DNA of 64,000 nt from a bacterium (lineage in GTDB: Bacteria; Patescibacteriota; Patescibacteriia; Patescibacteriales; Patescibacteriaceae). The notes under the pieces are model-generated. The model did no database searches, was not told the DNA's origin, and worked only from the letters and a program-made list of their open reading frames with translations. The stretch's first letter is position 1, and each line of letters begins with the position of its first letter. The stretch spans positions 2,882 to 66,881 of the forward strand of contig DAORIW010000002.1 of assembly GCA_035438725.1 (NCBI GenBank), read 5' to 3'. Positions 20,888 to 29,683 of the stretch are shown here, in pieces. Position numbers and translations under genes: made by a program.

Positions 20888-20949
20888 TTTATCTTATTTT
20901 TTAAGGAATTTTTGTAAAACAATAATTTATGTGAATCTATCATTTTTAC

Positions 20950-21462
20950 TCAGACTCCGACTCTTTTTACATACGGATCAGTACCCCATCCTTTTTTATA
21001 CTTAGGGAGACCGACCGGATGATTTTCGTTCGCTAGTAATAAGTGCCGCCAAGCAAGTGGGCCTTCTCCGGCTAGCTGGGTAGCGATGGTTTCCTGAACA
21101 TATTTAATATCGCCTATTTTTAACTCGAGTTGAGGTTTATATTCAAAAGTCTCATTAGACAAAAATATTTTTCCTGTTCTTTTGTTTTTAAAAATGATAG
21201 CTTGGCTTTTCCCTAGACCTCCATAATCTCCCTCAAAAAAAGGAGCAACAAATAATATTTCTATTATATCTCCTATTTTGACTTTTCCAGCTTTTATTAG
21301 ACTGTCTAAGTTCGGAACCTCAACTCTTGTAATATGAGAATACCATTTACCATTTTCATAACTTGTTTTTTTTGAGTAACGAAAAAGTAAATATACGCCC
21401 ACGACAATAATTGTTAAAATAATAGCTGTTGGTATAACTGGGGTATTAATTTCTATATTCAT
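20950..21462 (-). CDS. Hypothetical membrane-anchored protein (170 aa)
   Basis: N-terminal TM PVIPTAIILTIIVVGVYLLF; consensus promoter upstream. Confidence 0.55.
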   Translation of the reverse strand: MNIEINTPVIPTAIILTIIVVGVYLLFRYSKKTSYENGKWYSHITRVEVPNLDSLIKAGKVKIGDIIEILFVAPFFEGDYGGLGKSQAIIFKNKRTGKIFLSNETFEYKPQLELKIGDIKYVQETIATQLAGEGPLAWRHLLLANENHPVGLPKYKKGWGTDPYVKRVGV

Positions 21463-21477
21463 TTTATTTTAATTTTT

Positions 21478-21532
21478 AGTTATTGGATTATCCCAGCTTC
21501 TAAGATTAAGAAGCTAGAAAAATCCAATAACT
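21478..21532 (-). promoter_or_regulatory. Long hairpin in the 5' leader of the 20950-21462 gene
   Basis: Perfect 11-bp outer arms AGTTATTGGAT (21478-21488) / ATCCAATAACT (21522-21532), plus an inner stem CAGCTTCT / AGAAGCT(A)G. Confidence 0.55.
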
Positions 21533-21564
21533 CATTAAGGAAATGTAAAAGATCGTAATAAGAT

Positions 21565-21593
21565 ATTATATCATGGATTTTGTTAAATGTCAA
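21565..21593 (-). promoter_or_regulatory. Perfect consensus promoter TTGACA-17-TATAAT (minus strand)
   Basis: Plus-strand TGTCAA 21588-21593 and ATTATA 21565-21570. Confidence 0.65.
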
Positions 21594-21600
21594 TGATAAG

Positions 21601-21723
21601 CAAAAAATCTCCTTATTAAAAGTAGATTTTCGTTTGTGGACAAACAGGACGTTATTAGAATATGTTCAGAGTTTATCACAAAGTATGAAGAAAAACTAAG
21701 TATTTCAATGGGAAAGTTGTTAT
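21601..21723. repeat. Intergenic repeat, copy A (~120 bp)
   Basis: Aligns by eye at roughly 85-90% identity with 22562-22686. Core: AGATTTTCGTTTRTGGACWAAYAGGACGTTATTAGAATATGTYCA...TATGAAGAAAAACYAAGTATTTCAATGGGAAARTTGTTAT. Confidence 0.7.
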
Positions 21724-21751
21724 CAAAAGATAGGTTCTATTTTAGTAAATT

Positions 21752-21792
21752 AATAAAATAAGGACTCATTTCGTTAAATTGAAATAGTCCTT
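21752..21792 (-). terminator. Terminator after the lipoprotein gene 21810-22466
   Basis: Stem AAGGACT.ATTTC / GAAAT.AGTCCTT, with a T-rich tail on the minus strand. Confidence 0.6.
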
Positions 21793-21809
21793 ATATTTTT
21801 TATACGTTC

Positions 21810-22466
21810 TTAATCATAACATTGCATGTATTCCATTGCGTACTTCCGTATAAACACGGTGTCTGATAAACTAATTTCCGACATATTTGATCCGGTGTAA
21901 CCCCCACATACTTGCCAGCTTCTTAAAAGAAGTGATTGATTTACATATTTTGGAGGGGTGAGGATTCTGTCATTTTCATAGCCTTCAAAAATTAAGACTA
22001 ACTGCTTTGTTTCCTTATTAATAATTAATAATAATTCTTTGCTATTTAAAGTGACCTGCCAATCACAGTTCCAAGCACTAATGTTTGGCTGCCAATGAAT
22101 GATATCGTAAGAATTATTACCTACTACAAATTTTGCTATTTTCAAAACTGCTCCTCCGAACCACTCTGACCACCTTATTCGAAACAGTTGATAGTCATGA
22201 GAGAATATTACCTGATCGTGATAGAGTAGATTTGTTGTTTCAAGGTGACTTGTGTCGGTGGAGCGTGTTATTTGATAACCTACTTCAGTAACAGATCGCC
22301 ACTCTAAATTAAGTGCTTCATTATAATATTTGTTAAACATAATACAGGCACTATCTTTTTCAACTGAATTAATTTGAGTTGATTGGCTCGGTGACTCATT
22401 GCATGATGTAAATAAAAAGCATAAAGATAGCCCCAGGAGTGCTAGGTAGGAATTAAGTACGTTCAT
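21810..22466 (-). CDS. Putative lipoprotein (hypothetical)
   Basis: MNVLNSYLALLGLSLCFLFTSC lipobox-like signal; AGGAG Shine-Dalgarno before ATG 22466; the tracked start 22541 lies inside the promoter. Confidence 0.58.
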   Translation of the reverse strand: MNVLNSYLALLGLSLCFLFTSCNESPSQSTQINSVEKDSACIMFNKYYNEALNLEWRSVTEVGYQITRSTDTSHLETTNLLYHDQVIFSHDYQLFRIRWSEWFGGAVLKIAKFVVGNNSYDIIHWQPNISAWNCDWQVTLNSKELLLIINKETKQLVLIFEGYENDRILTPPKYVNQSLLLRSWQVCGGYTGSNMSEISLSDTVFIRKYAMEYMQCYD

Positions 22467-22512
22467 TTTTTCTCCTATATTTAATTGTTTAAGAACTAAA
22501 ATATTTACCTTG

Positions 22513-22541
22513 ATATAAACATACTTTTTATTTTTTGTCAA
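22513..22541 (-). promoter_or_regulatory. Promoter TTGACA-17-TTATAT (minus strand)
   Basis: Plus-strand TGTCAA 22536-22541 and ATATAA 22513-22518. Confidence 0.55.
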
Positions 22542-22561
22542 TTCAAAATAGCAAGCTAAAA

Positions 22562-22686
22562 TAAAAAATCCTCTAAATAAAAAAGAAGATTTTCGTTTAT
22601 GGACTAAATAGGACGTTATTAGAATATGTCCAAAGCTTATTAAAAATATGAAGAAAAACCAAGTATTTCAATGGGAAAATTGTTAT
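22562..22686. repeat. Intergenic repeat, copy B (~120 bp)
   Basis: See copy A; same orientation and the same position just upstream of a -35 box. Confidence 0.7.
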
Positions 22687-22825
22687 GAGTAACTAAGAGT
22701 ATCTATAGGCATTAAAGTGTAATATTTTGATTAAAGTTTTCCTTGTCTTGTTTTTTTCTTTATTTTATGATGTAATCTATAGTTAGAACATTCAAAAAAT
22801 TAAATCATTTTAAATAGGAGGAAAA

Positions 22826-23533
22826 TTGAAAACTCACTTCATTTGTTTTTTACTAATTTTTTTAACCGGAAATATCTCTTTTAGTTTTGAAGAAAAGCTC
22901 AAATGCGAAAAAGATTCGAATATCACAGTAATATATGATTCAACAATATTAAATAAAGATGATACATCACAATCCCGCTTATCTTTTTCCAAAGAAGAAA
23001 TAGCAGCTCTTATTCATGGAGACACATTTGTATACGTTTATCCTCAAAAAATTATATATACCAACAAGTTTCCCTGGTCAGTAATCGATCACATCGAAGA
23101 AAAAAGTGATAAGTCATATATAAATAGTAATCGCACTAAAATTGTGAAAAAAAATATTACTAAAGTTTATTTTGAAAGATCAGGCGAGAATCTCCCCCTA
23201 CCATTTAGTAGAATATTTTTATGTGGATTGGGAGTGATAGGGTTAACTTTTTTATTTTCTTTATTTAATTCACAATCGCAAATAAGGCAATCTAAAAAGT
23301 ATCTTCTTAACCAAGAGAGATTTATTGATACCGTTGGGGTTTCTTCAATGGGTATCATGTTGTGTGGACTCGCTAGTTGGATATCCATGGGAACAGAAAC
23401 AGGAGTTTCCAGAAAATTATTATTTTTAATAGCAGGGGTATATTGGATAACTCTGTTTATTGCATATCGCTTGGGTAAAATTTATTTAAAAAGATTATTA
23501 AGAAAAAAAGAACTAAGCTTACAAAAAACTTAG
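22826..23533 (+). CDS. Hypothetical membrane protein (signal peptide plus C-terminal TM helices)
   Basis: TTG start 4 nt after AGGAGG; hydrophobic N-terminus and three C-terminal helices. Confidence 0.55.
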   Translation: MKTHFICFLLIFLTGNISFSFEEKLKCEKDSNITVIYDSTILNKDDTSQSRLSFSKEEIAALIHGDTFVYVYPQKIIYTNKFPWSVIDHIEEKSDKSYINSNRTKIVKKNITKVYFERSGENLPLPFSRIFLCGLGVIGLTFLFSLFNSQSQIRQSKKYLLNQERFIDTVGVSSMGIMLCGLASWISMGTETGVSRKLLFLIAGVYWITLFIAYRLGKIYLKRLLRKKELSLQKT

Positions 23534-23593
23534 AAGAAGATATTTTGAAAAATTTTAACCTGCAGATGATTTGTACTGCGGGTTTTTTAATAT

Positions 23594-23620
23594 AAAAAAT
23601 CCCCTTACTAAAAGGGGATT
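23594..23620 (-). terminator. Terminator downstream of tRNA-Ala
   Basis: Stem ATCCCCTT / AAGGGGAT, followed on the minus strand by TTTTTT. Confidence 0.55.
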
Positions 23621-23628
23621 AAAAGTTG

Positions 23629-23702
23629 TGGACCTGAAGGGATTCGAACCCTTGACCTCCTGCTTGCAAAGCAGGCATTCTAACCAGCTGAACTACAGGC
23701 CC
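23629..23702 (-). tRNA. tRNA-Ala (UGC)
   Basis: Cloverleaf GGGCCTG...CAGGTCC with G3:U70, anticodon loop TTTGCAA, GG in the D-loop, TTCGAAT T-loop; CCA not encoded. Confidence 0.95.
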
Positions 23703-23715
23703 ATGTATATATACG

Positions 23716-23970
23716 CTACTGTGGAACTGATACTTTTAGCAACGGTGATAAAATCCAACCCGTAAAGCCTTGAATTAAGCCTGTCATGGCCAGAATACCT
23801 AAAAAGGCAAGCGCTATTCCGAGCAGTTGATAGCCTAATCGAGAGCCACCAGAGCTGCCAAGTTTAGTTTCGAAAAACTCACTTGGGCCAAGTATTTCTA
23901 AAACTTTATTAGCTTTAACCGTTATAAGCGCTCCAACGATTAGCATCACTAAACCAACTAAAAAAACCAT
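23716..23970 (-). CDS. Small two-TM membrane protein (84 aa)
   Basis: ORF ends 13 nt before tRNA-Ala; hydrophobic helices. Confidence 0.5.
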   Translation of the reverse strand: MVFLVGLVMLIVGALITVKANKVLEILGPSEFFETKLGSSGGSRLGYQLLGIALAFLGILAMTGLIQGFTGWILSPLLKVSVPQ

Positions 23971-24000
23971 AGGGGTAAAATTTGATTTTAATATAGCTTA

Positions 24001-25215
24001 TTATCGAACATAATTCAATGGATTGACTACTCGGCCATTGAGGATGACTTCGAAGTGAAGGTGAGGCCCCGTAGAACGACCAGTTGAGCCCATGGCAGCA
24101 ATATACTGTCCCTTAGAAACCTTTTGGCCAACATTGACTCCGAAAGCTGAAAGGTGAGCATATCGAGTCGTCTTGCCCCCTCCATGATTAATAATAATTT
24201 GGTTACCATAGCCACCGTTATTCCAGCCAGTAGTTGTAACAACGCCATCATCTGCCGCATAAATTGCTGTGCCAATACGATTAGCAACGTCAACACCCGT
24301 ATGTCGCCAAGAGAAATACTGAGTTATGTTATGACCAGTTGTTGGCCAGACCATTCGTGCGCCTGCGGGAACAATCGCCGAGGGACCAGGAATTAATTTT
24401 TTAATTGCATTTAAACCTTTAGAAGCAGATCCGGCAATTTGTCTCGAGGTTGTTTTTGGTCCTTGAGCAATTAATTTACCCCCAGGAATTACTAAGCGGG
24501 CACCAATACGAATTTGGTTGGCATTAGTGATTCCATTGCTCGCCATAATCTGTTCTGGAGTAACACCATAGAGACTAGCGATTTGTCCAAGCGTTTGTCC
24601 ACTGACGACGCTATGGGATACACCGCTTGTTGGAAGAATAGTTAGTTTATCTCCCGGTTGAATGACACTCGTGGCTGACAAATTATTTTCCCACAAAATA
24701 GTGTTGGCGGAAATATTAAAGCGTCGGGCGATACCACTAATGGTGTCGCCATTTTGAACGGTGTAGGCGATGGCACTTGTTCGAGCAGGAGTACTGGGAG
24801 TAGGACTACCAGGTATTTCATTTTTTGGAGATTCATTTGTAAATAAATTTAAAGGAACTCGTAATAAAGCTAATGATTCATTTTTAGTTTTTCGCCACAA
24901 GGTAATATCGTAATTAGGATAATCTTCGATAAATTGCTCGGCGTCAACTGTATCACCAGTTATCAATTGTGAGAGTAAAGTTTTACCAACGAGCTCACTA
25001 GAAGAGAGGGGAACAGATCGATTGGTAAGATTGCCAGTTGTTAAAATAACAGCGATCAATATAAAGAGAGCTGGTAATACATAGCGACTCGTAAGTAAAT
25101 AACCAATTTTTCGACCAGCCTTGGGTGAAGCGGAAATCTTTCGGTTTATTAAAGCGTAGAGGCGATAAAATGGAACAACAAAAATATTTAATAAAATGCG
25201 ACCAATAAAGGCCAT
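24001..25215 (-). CDS. LysM-domain M23 family metallopeptidase (cell-wall hydrolase)
   Basis: Two LysM repeats (YTVQNGDTISGIARRF, HSVVSGQTLGQIASLY); M23 motifs HTGVDV and GSTGRSTGPHLHFEV; start placed at ATG 25215, after AAGGCGG. Confidence 0.9.
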   Translation of the reverse strand: MAFIGRILLNIFVVPFYRLYALINRKISASPKAGRKIGYLLTSRYVLPALFILIAVILTTGNLTNRSVPLSSSELVGKTLLSQLITGDTVDAEQFIEDYPNYDITLWRKTKNESLALLRVPLNLFTNESPKNEIPGSPTPSTPARTSAIAYTVQNGDTISGIARRFNISANTILWENNLSATSVIQPGDKLTILPTSGVSHSVVSGQTLGQIASLYGVTPEQIMASNGITNANQIRIGARLVIPGGKLIAQGPKTTSRQIAGSASKGLNAIKKLIPGPSAIVPAGARMVWPTTGHNITQYFSWRHTGVDVANRIGTAIYAADDGVVTTTGWNNGGYGNQIIINHGGGKTTRYAHLSAFGVNVGQKVSKGQYIAAMGSTGRSTGPHLHFEVILNGRVVNPLNYVR

Positions 25216-25361
25216 AGGCTTAAACACCGCCTTAACAAAAAAAGCGGTTAAAAACCTCTTTGCATGAATTATTATTTTTAGCGCGAAGAGCAGTATTGCC
25301 GCTCCAATTCGCTTAATAGTCGTACTAATACGTATTAACTTACTTTACCTTGATACTGATT

Positions 25362-25390
25362 ACAATACCACAATATAAGGTTAGAGTCAA
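25362..25390 (-). promoter_or_regulatory. Candidate promoter TTGACT-17-TATTGT with TG extension (minus strand)
   Basis: Plus-strand AGTCAA 25385-25390 and ACAATA 25362-25367. Confidence 0.45.
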
Positions 25391-25404
25391 TCAACAAAAA
25401 GTTA

Positions 25405-25707
25405 CTATTTTGCTTTTCGTTTAGTCTTTTCTTCAGAGGAATTCTTTGAAAGGAGGGTTACTAATTTACCTACACCCGAAACAATAAAATTAAGATATGA
25501 GGTAGAGGCGGTAAATTTTTCTTTGATTAAATTAACAATTTCGTCAACCGCATCTAGCTTCTTTTTTAATTGACTGATTGTTTGATGAATTTGTTTAAGT
25601 GCGCCAATGGCGTAATACATAATCCAGGCTATGAAAATAGTTATCCATAAAATACAGAAAGCCAGAACTAAGAAAAATATATCTTGACTCGTTGAAATAA
25701 AATTCAT
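25405..25707 (-). CDS. Hypothetical membrane protein (100 aa)
   Basis: ORF with one N-terminal TM pair; no homology recognised. Confidence 0.45.
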   Translation of the reverse strand: MNFISTSQDIFFLVLAFCILWITIFIAWIMYYAIGALKQIHQTISQLKKKLDAVDEIVNLIKEKFTASTSYLNFIVSGVGKLVTLLSKNSSEEKTKRKAK

Positions 25708-25734
25708 ATATTTGTTTTATTTTAAGTTTAAATT

Positions 25735-26112
25735 TTAGAGGTAAGCGTCAATTGCTTCTCCAGGAACACCAGCCGATAAAATTTTTATTCCGCTGTGATC
25801 AGAACCAATTCCCAGTTCGTCAGTGGCGCATAACATTCCGGCTGATTCAACGCCACGAATCGTTGCTGCTTTAATAGTAACACCATTAGGTAAGATAGTT
25901 CCAATTGTCGCCAAAGGGACTAATTGTCCGACCTCGATATTCGGGGCACCACACACGATTTGGGCGGTTTCTGGTTGGCCGATATTAACCTTGGCAATTC
26001 GTAAACGGTCAGCATTGGGATGCGGTTCAACGCTTATTATTTTTGCGATGATGACGCCAGGAAATGAAGTAGCAGGTTTTTTCTTTCCAAAAAGATTTGT
26101 GAAAAATGACAT
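25735..26112 (-). CDS. tRNA-binding domain protein (YtpR/CsaA/PheT-N-terminal type)
   Basis: VEPHPNADRLRIAKVNIG...IVCGAPN...RGVESAGMLC pattern of the OB-fold tRNA_bind domain. Confidence 0.8.
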   Translation of the reverse strand: MSFFTNLFGKKKPATSFPGVIIAKIISVEPHPNADRLRIAKVNIGQPETAQIVCGAPNIEVGQLVPLATIGTILPNGVTIKAATIRGVESAGMLCATDELGIGSDHSGIKILSAGVPGEAIDAYL

Positions 26113-26118
26113 ATAATT

Positions 26119-26511
26119 TTATTCTTCTTGAGCTTTATCGCCCTGATAACTAAGTAAGAAAAATTCTAAAGCTGATAAAGCGAGAATTAATAATCCAACA
26201 TTCAGCCAGCTAAATAATTTTTGTGAAAAAAGGAATAGGACACTAGTAACTAATACTGAGGCCAGTAACGCTTGTCTGAAAGCAATTAAAACTGATTGCG
26301 AGACAAGTTCTTGTTTTAAGGCGTAGAAACGAATTATGAAACCAATAATCGATCCTGTTCCACTAATCGCACACAGTAGTAGAATATAGAAAAGAATAAT
26401 TCCCGAAAGCGTGGTAGCGGTTGGATCAATATTAACAACAATTAAGCCAAGCGCTAACCAAAAAATGAGCGTGGCGATCGTCATGAACATGAGATAGGAA
26501 CGGAGGGACAT
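26119..26511 (-). CDS. Hypothetical four-TM membrane protein
   Basis: ORF, strongly hydrophobic. Confidence 0.5.
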   Translation of the reverse strand: MSLRSYLMFMTIATLIFWLALGLIVVNIDPTATTLSGIILFYILLLCAISGTGSIIGFIIRFYALKQELVSQSVLIAFRQALLASVLVTSVLFLFSQKLFSWLNVGLLILALSALEFFLLSYQGDKAQEE

Positions 26512-26548
26512 AGGAAATAAATGTTATTAGTATATTGTAACGTTATTT

Positions 26549-29524
26549 TTAAATATCGGCTACTGGCCCATGCTGACAATACTTACAATCACTTTGAGAA
26601 GAGGGCTGAAAATCGCTTGTTTTAATTTTTTCTATTAAAGCTATCATGTCGTTCTTTACTTTCTCGATCTCTCCCGGCTTAGCCATAAAAGACAGGCGTT
26701 CGTTATCTTTTAGATAATGAAAGGTTAAGCGGCTGATCGGTAGTTGGAAACTTTGTTCAAGGGCCGCTTGGTAGAGTAAGAGCTGACGTTTATTTTTATA
26801 ACCAAAAGGTTTAGGTAGAGTTCCGGATTTATAATCTATAATTTCGTAGGTGCCATCGGGTAATTTATCAACACGGTCCACAGTTCCGATTAAAGAATAT
26901 GAGTCGAGAGCTAAGTTGAATTTTTTTTCTAGAAAAACAACTTGGGGTCGAGATTGAGTAAAGTCTGTTTGGAAGTCGGCGAGCATTTTTTTACCTAAGG
27001 TTTTATAGTCGTCGGCTTGTTTTTTATTTTCATACCCATTGTCTTGCCAAAAAGAAGTATACAGGTTAAGTAAGTTTTTAAGTGAAAAGACTTCGGGATC
27101 GATTTTTTTTTCACCAAACAAGCTTGGCTGAAAACCATTATCGAGTAATGGTAAAACATATTGGCGTAAGCAAGAATGGAGGCATCGTCCAAAGACCGCT
27201 TGTGGATTATCTTCGAGCGGAATTTTCAAGATATAAATAAATTTATAATCCAGCGGACAACGTTCAAAAGTTGTTAATTGAGAAAAGGAAAATTTTTGTG
27301 GTAGAAAATATGGTGGAGTTACTAAGGATGGATTTAGTAACGCGAGATCTCTTTCTAATTCAGTCGGAGCGTTAGCTTCACTTGTTTCAATAGTAATATT
27401 CGCTTCCTCCACAAAGCGGGAAGGTTTTTTTTCTCGCGCCCCACCGTAATCTTTAGCGCCGCTTAAATACAAACCACGTTTGGCCCGAGTGAGAGCGACG
27501 TACATTAGGCGTCGTTCTTCTTCTAAATGTGCTTCACTGCCGCTACTACGGGGACCGCCGAGAGCTTCGGGAATAATAATTTTATCAGTACGTGTAATTG
27601 TCGGGAATTTTTTATCGACTAAGTTTGGGATAAAGACCTGACCGAATTCTAAACCTTTAGCAGCGTGAATTGTCATTATTTTTACTGTATCCGCATCATC
27701 AAAGTTAAAGCGTAGTCCGCCGGTTTCTCCCGCTTCCATTTCAAGATTAATTAAATCAAGAAAATCTTTAAGCAGGCCACTTTTGTCAGCTTCTTCAAAA
27801 GATTTTATTTTTCCATAAAACTGATTAAGGTAATTAAAAGCTTCTCGATCCTGATCATGATCAAGTCCTGGTTCAAATAATTCACGAACAATGGCGATGA
27901 ATATTTTTGATGTTTTTTGATCTTTCGTGAGTAGGGCATGAGCACGGATCTGATGTACTAATTTCTGGGCGGTGGTTTTTCCTTCCGGACTTATTTCTGT
28001 CACGGTATCGATTTTTTCAAGAGTCTCATAGAGCGACCAGAGCTTTTTTCTCGCCCATTTATTTAAAATAAGAAGGTCACTATGTGAGACTTTAAACATC
28101 GGTAAATTAAGCACTCGGTATAAAGCGGCGGGTTCATGATAGTTGTCAAGTAGTTGTAGGTAGGCGAGAGTATCAAGAATAATACTCTTATAGTAGAGAC
28201 CCTTAAGGGAAACAAAGTGATTTGGAATATTGCGGCGAGTCAGCTCACGAGTAAATTTATCAGCCGTATCATTAGCACGAACTAAAATCGCCATATCAGC
28301 CCAGTTTTCAGCTTGACCGCTGGAATGAAGGGCTTGAATTGTATCGGCGATCGTAGTAGTTTCGGCGAATTCGGTCGGGAATTGAAAATAGTGCAGTGTA
28401 CCGGTTTTTTTTAGATTAGAATGGAGTTGTTTATCAATTTTTAATTTAGTTTCAAGACGATTCGGATTATTATGGTTAATAAACATATAAGCAGTATCCA
28501 AAATATTTTGAGTCGATCGATAATTTTCCGTTAAGACAATTTCTTTGGCTGTTGGAAAATCATCCTTGAATTGCATGATATTAGAAAGTGAAGCACCACG
28601 GAAACGATAAATACTTTGATCATCATCGCCGACTGCCACTAAATTATTATGAGGCGCCGCCAACATTTTTATTAATTCATATTGAGCGGTATTGGTATCT
28701 TGGAATTCGTCTACCATGATGTACTTAAATTGTGTTCGGTACTGCTGTAGAATATTAGGTCGCTCCTTGAAGAGTTTAATGGTGTAACGAATTAAGTCCC
28801 CGAAATCAAGTAAACCTTGATCGAGTAGAATTTGGTTATAGGTTTGGTAGGCTTCGGCAAGTTCGGTTAAGCGAGAAAGATCGAGCTCCTCAGCTTCGTT
28901 TTTTTCGTCGGGTTCAGTTGCAATTTTTGATTTTGTTTTAGACGTTTTTTTCGGAGACGTATTAGTTGAGCTAGGAATGATATTCGTGTTTGCTTTAAAT
29001 GATTTAGAAAATTCTAAATATTTTTCCGGAGAAATATTTTCATCTTTTAATCTTGAAAAATGTTTTATCAGTTCATGAATAAATTTTGTTGGATCTCCCA
29101 AGGGTCGATAGTAATCGAGATTAAAAGCAGAAAGATTCTTTTTTATTAAAATCCATTGTTCAGTTTGAGTTAGAATTTTGAAAGCCGGGGAGAGACCAAT
29201 ATCAAGAGCGTGATCGCGTAAAATTCGCTCACCAAAACTATGAAAAGTATTAATCCAGAGATTTACATATCCGTATGGAAGTAATTTATCCGCTCGTTCC
29301 TCAAGTTCACCCGCACCTTTTTCGGTAAAGGTTGTTATTAAAATTTGATCTGGTTTAATTTCTTTTTCTTGAATTAAATAGGCTAGCCGATTTATAAGGA
29401 CCGTGGTTTTCCCGGTGCCTGCCCCAGCGACAATTAACAGCGGACCGTCGGTATGTTCAACGGCTTGTTTTTGGGCGGGATTAAGGGTAGAGAGGAGGTC
29501 GATGTGGGGTTTCATACTTAACAT
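26549..29524 (-). CDS. UvrD/PcrA-type SF1 helicase fused to a C-terminal PD-(D/E)XK (RecB/Cas4-like) nuclease
   Basis: GAGTGKTT Walker A, VDEFQDT, TIHAAKGLEF, YVALTRA; C-terminal FERCP...DRVD...EIIDYKSG...CKYC. Confidence 0.9.
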   Translation of the reverse strand: MLSMKPHIDLLSTLNPAQKQAVEHTDGPLLIVAGAGTGKTTVLINRLAYLIQEKEIKPDQILITTFTEKGAGELEERADKLLPYGYVNLWINTFHSFGERILRDHALDIGLSPAFKILTQTEQWILIKKNLSAFNLDYYRPLGDPTKFIHELIKHFSRLKDENISPEKYLEFSKSFKANTNIIPSSTNTSPKKTSKTKSKIATEPDEKNEAEELDLSRLTELAEAYQTYNQILLDQGLLDFGDLIRYTIKLFKERPNILQQYRTQFKYIMVDEFQDTNTAQYELIKMLAAPHNNLVAVGDDDQSIYRFRGASLSNIMQFKDDFPTAKEIVLTENYRSTQNILDTAYMFINHNNPNRLETKLKIDKQLHSNLKKTGTLHYFQFPTEFAETTTIADTIQALHSSGQAENWADMAILVRANDTADKFTRELTRRNIPNHFVSLKGLYYKSIILDTLAYLQLLDNYHEPAALYRVLNLPMFKVSHSDLLILNKWARKKLWSLYETLEKIDTVTEISPEGKTTAQKLVHQIRAHALLTKDQKTSKIFIAIVRELFEPGLDHDQDREAFNYLNQFYGKIKSFEEADKSGLLKDFLDLINLEMEAGETGGLRFNFDDADTVKIMTIHAAKGLEFGQVFIPNLVDKKFPTITRTDKIIIPEALGGPRSSGSEAHLEEERRLMYVALTRAKRGLYLSGAKDYGGAREKKPSRFVEEANITIETSEANAPTELERDLALLNPSLVTPPYFLPQKFSFSQLTTFERCPLDYKFIYILKIPLEDNPQAVFGRCLHSCLRQYVLPLLDNGFQPSLFGEKKIDPEVFSLKNLLNLYTSFWQDNGYENKKQADDYKTLGKKMLADFQTDFTQSRPQVVFLEKKFNLALDSYSLIGTVDRVDKLPDGTYEIIDYKSGTLPKPFGYKNKRQLLLYQAALEQSFQLPISRLTFHYLKDNERLSFMAKPGEIEKVKNDMIALIEKIKTSDFQPSSQSDCKYCQHGPVADI

Positions 29525-29595
29525 ATTTTAACATGAGGGAGTGACGATAGCAAATATAGAAAATAGCTAAAATAAGGTATTATTTATAAATATTA

Positions 29596-29624
29596 TTGAC
29601 AAAATTGTGTAAATATGGTATAGT
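29596..29624 (+). promoter_or_regulatory. Promoter TTGACA-17-TATAGT
   Basis: TTGACA 29596-29601, TATAGT 29619-29624. Confidence 0.6.
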
Positions 29625-29683
29625 CTTTGTTATGATTTAAATTCATTTAAAATAAAATAGTGGGTCAAAGGAGGCCAACAATA

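Noticed and set aside
23571-23765. 64-aa plus-strand ORF
   Set aside because: It lies antisense across tRNA-Ala (23629-23702) and its terminator. The 'protein' is simply the tRNA complement read as codons.
25216-25361. ydaO-type (c-di-AMP) riboswitch upstream of the M23/LysM hydrolase
   Set aside because: The genomic context is suggestive, but I could not find the conserved pseudo-two-fold motif blocks I associate with that class. It is kept only as an unclassified structured leader.
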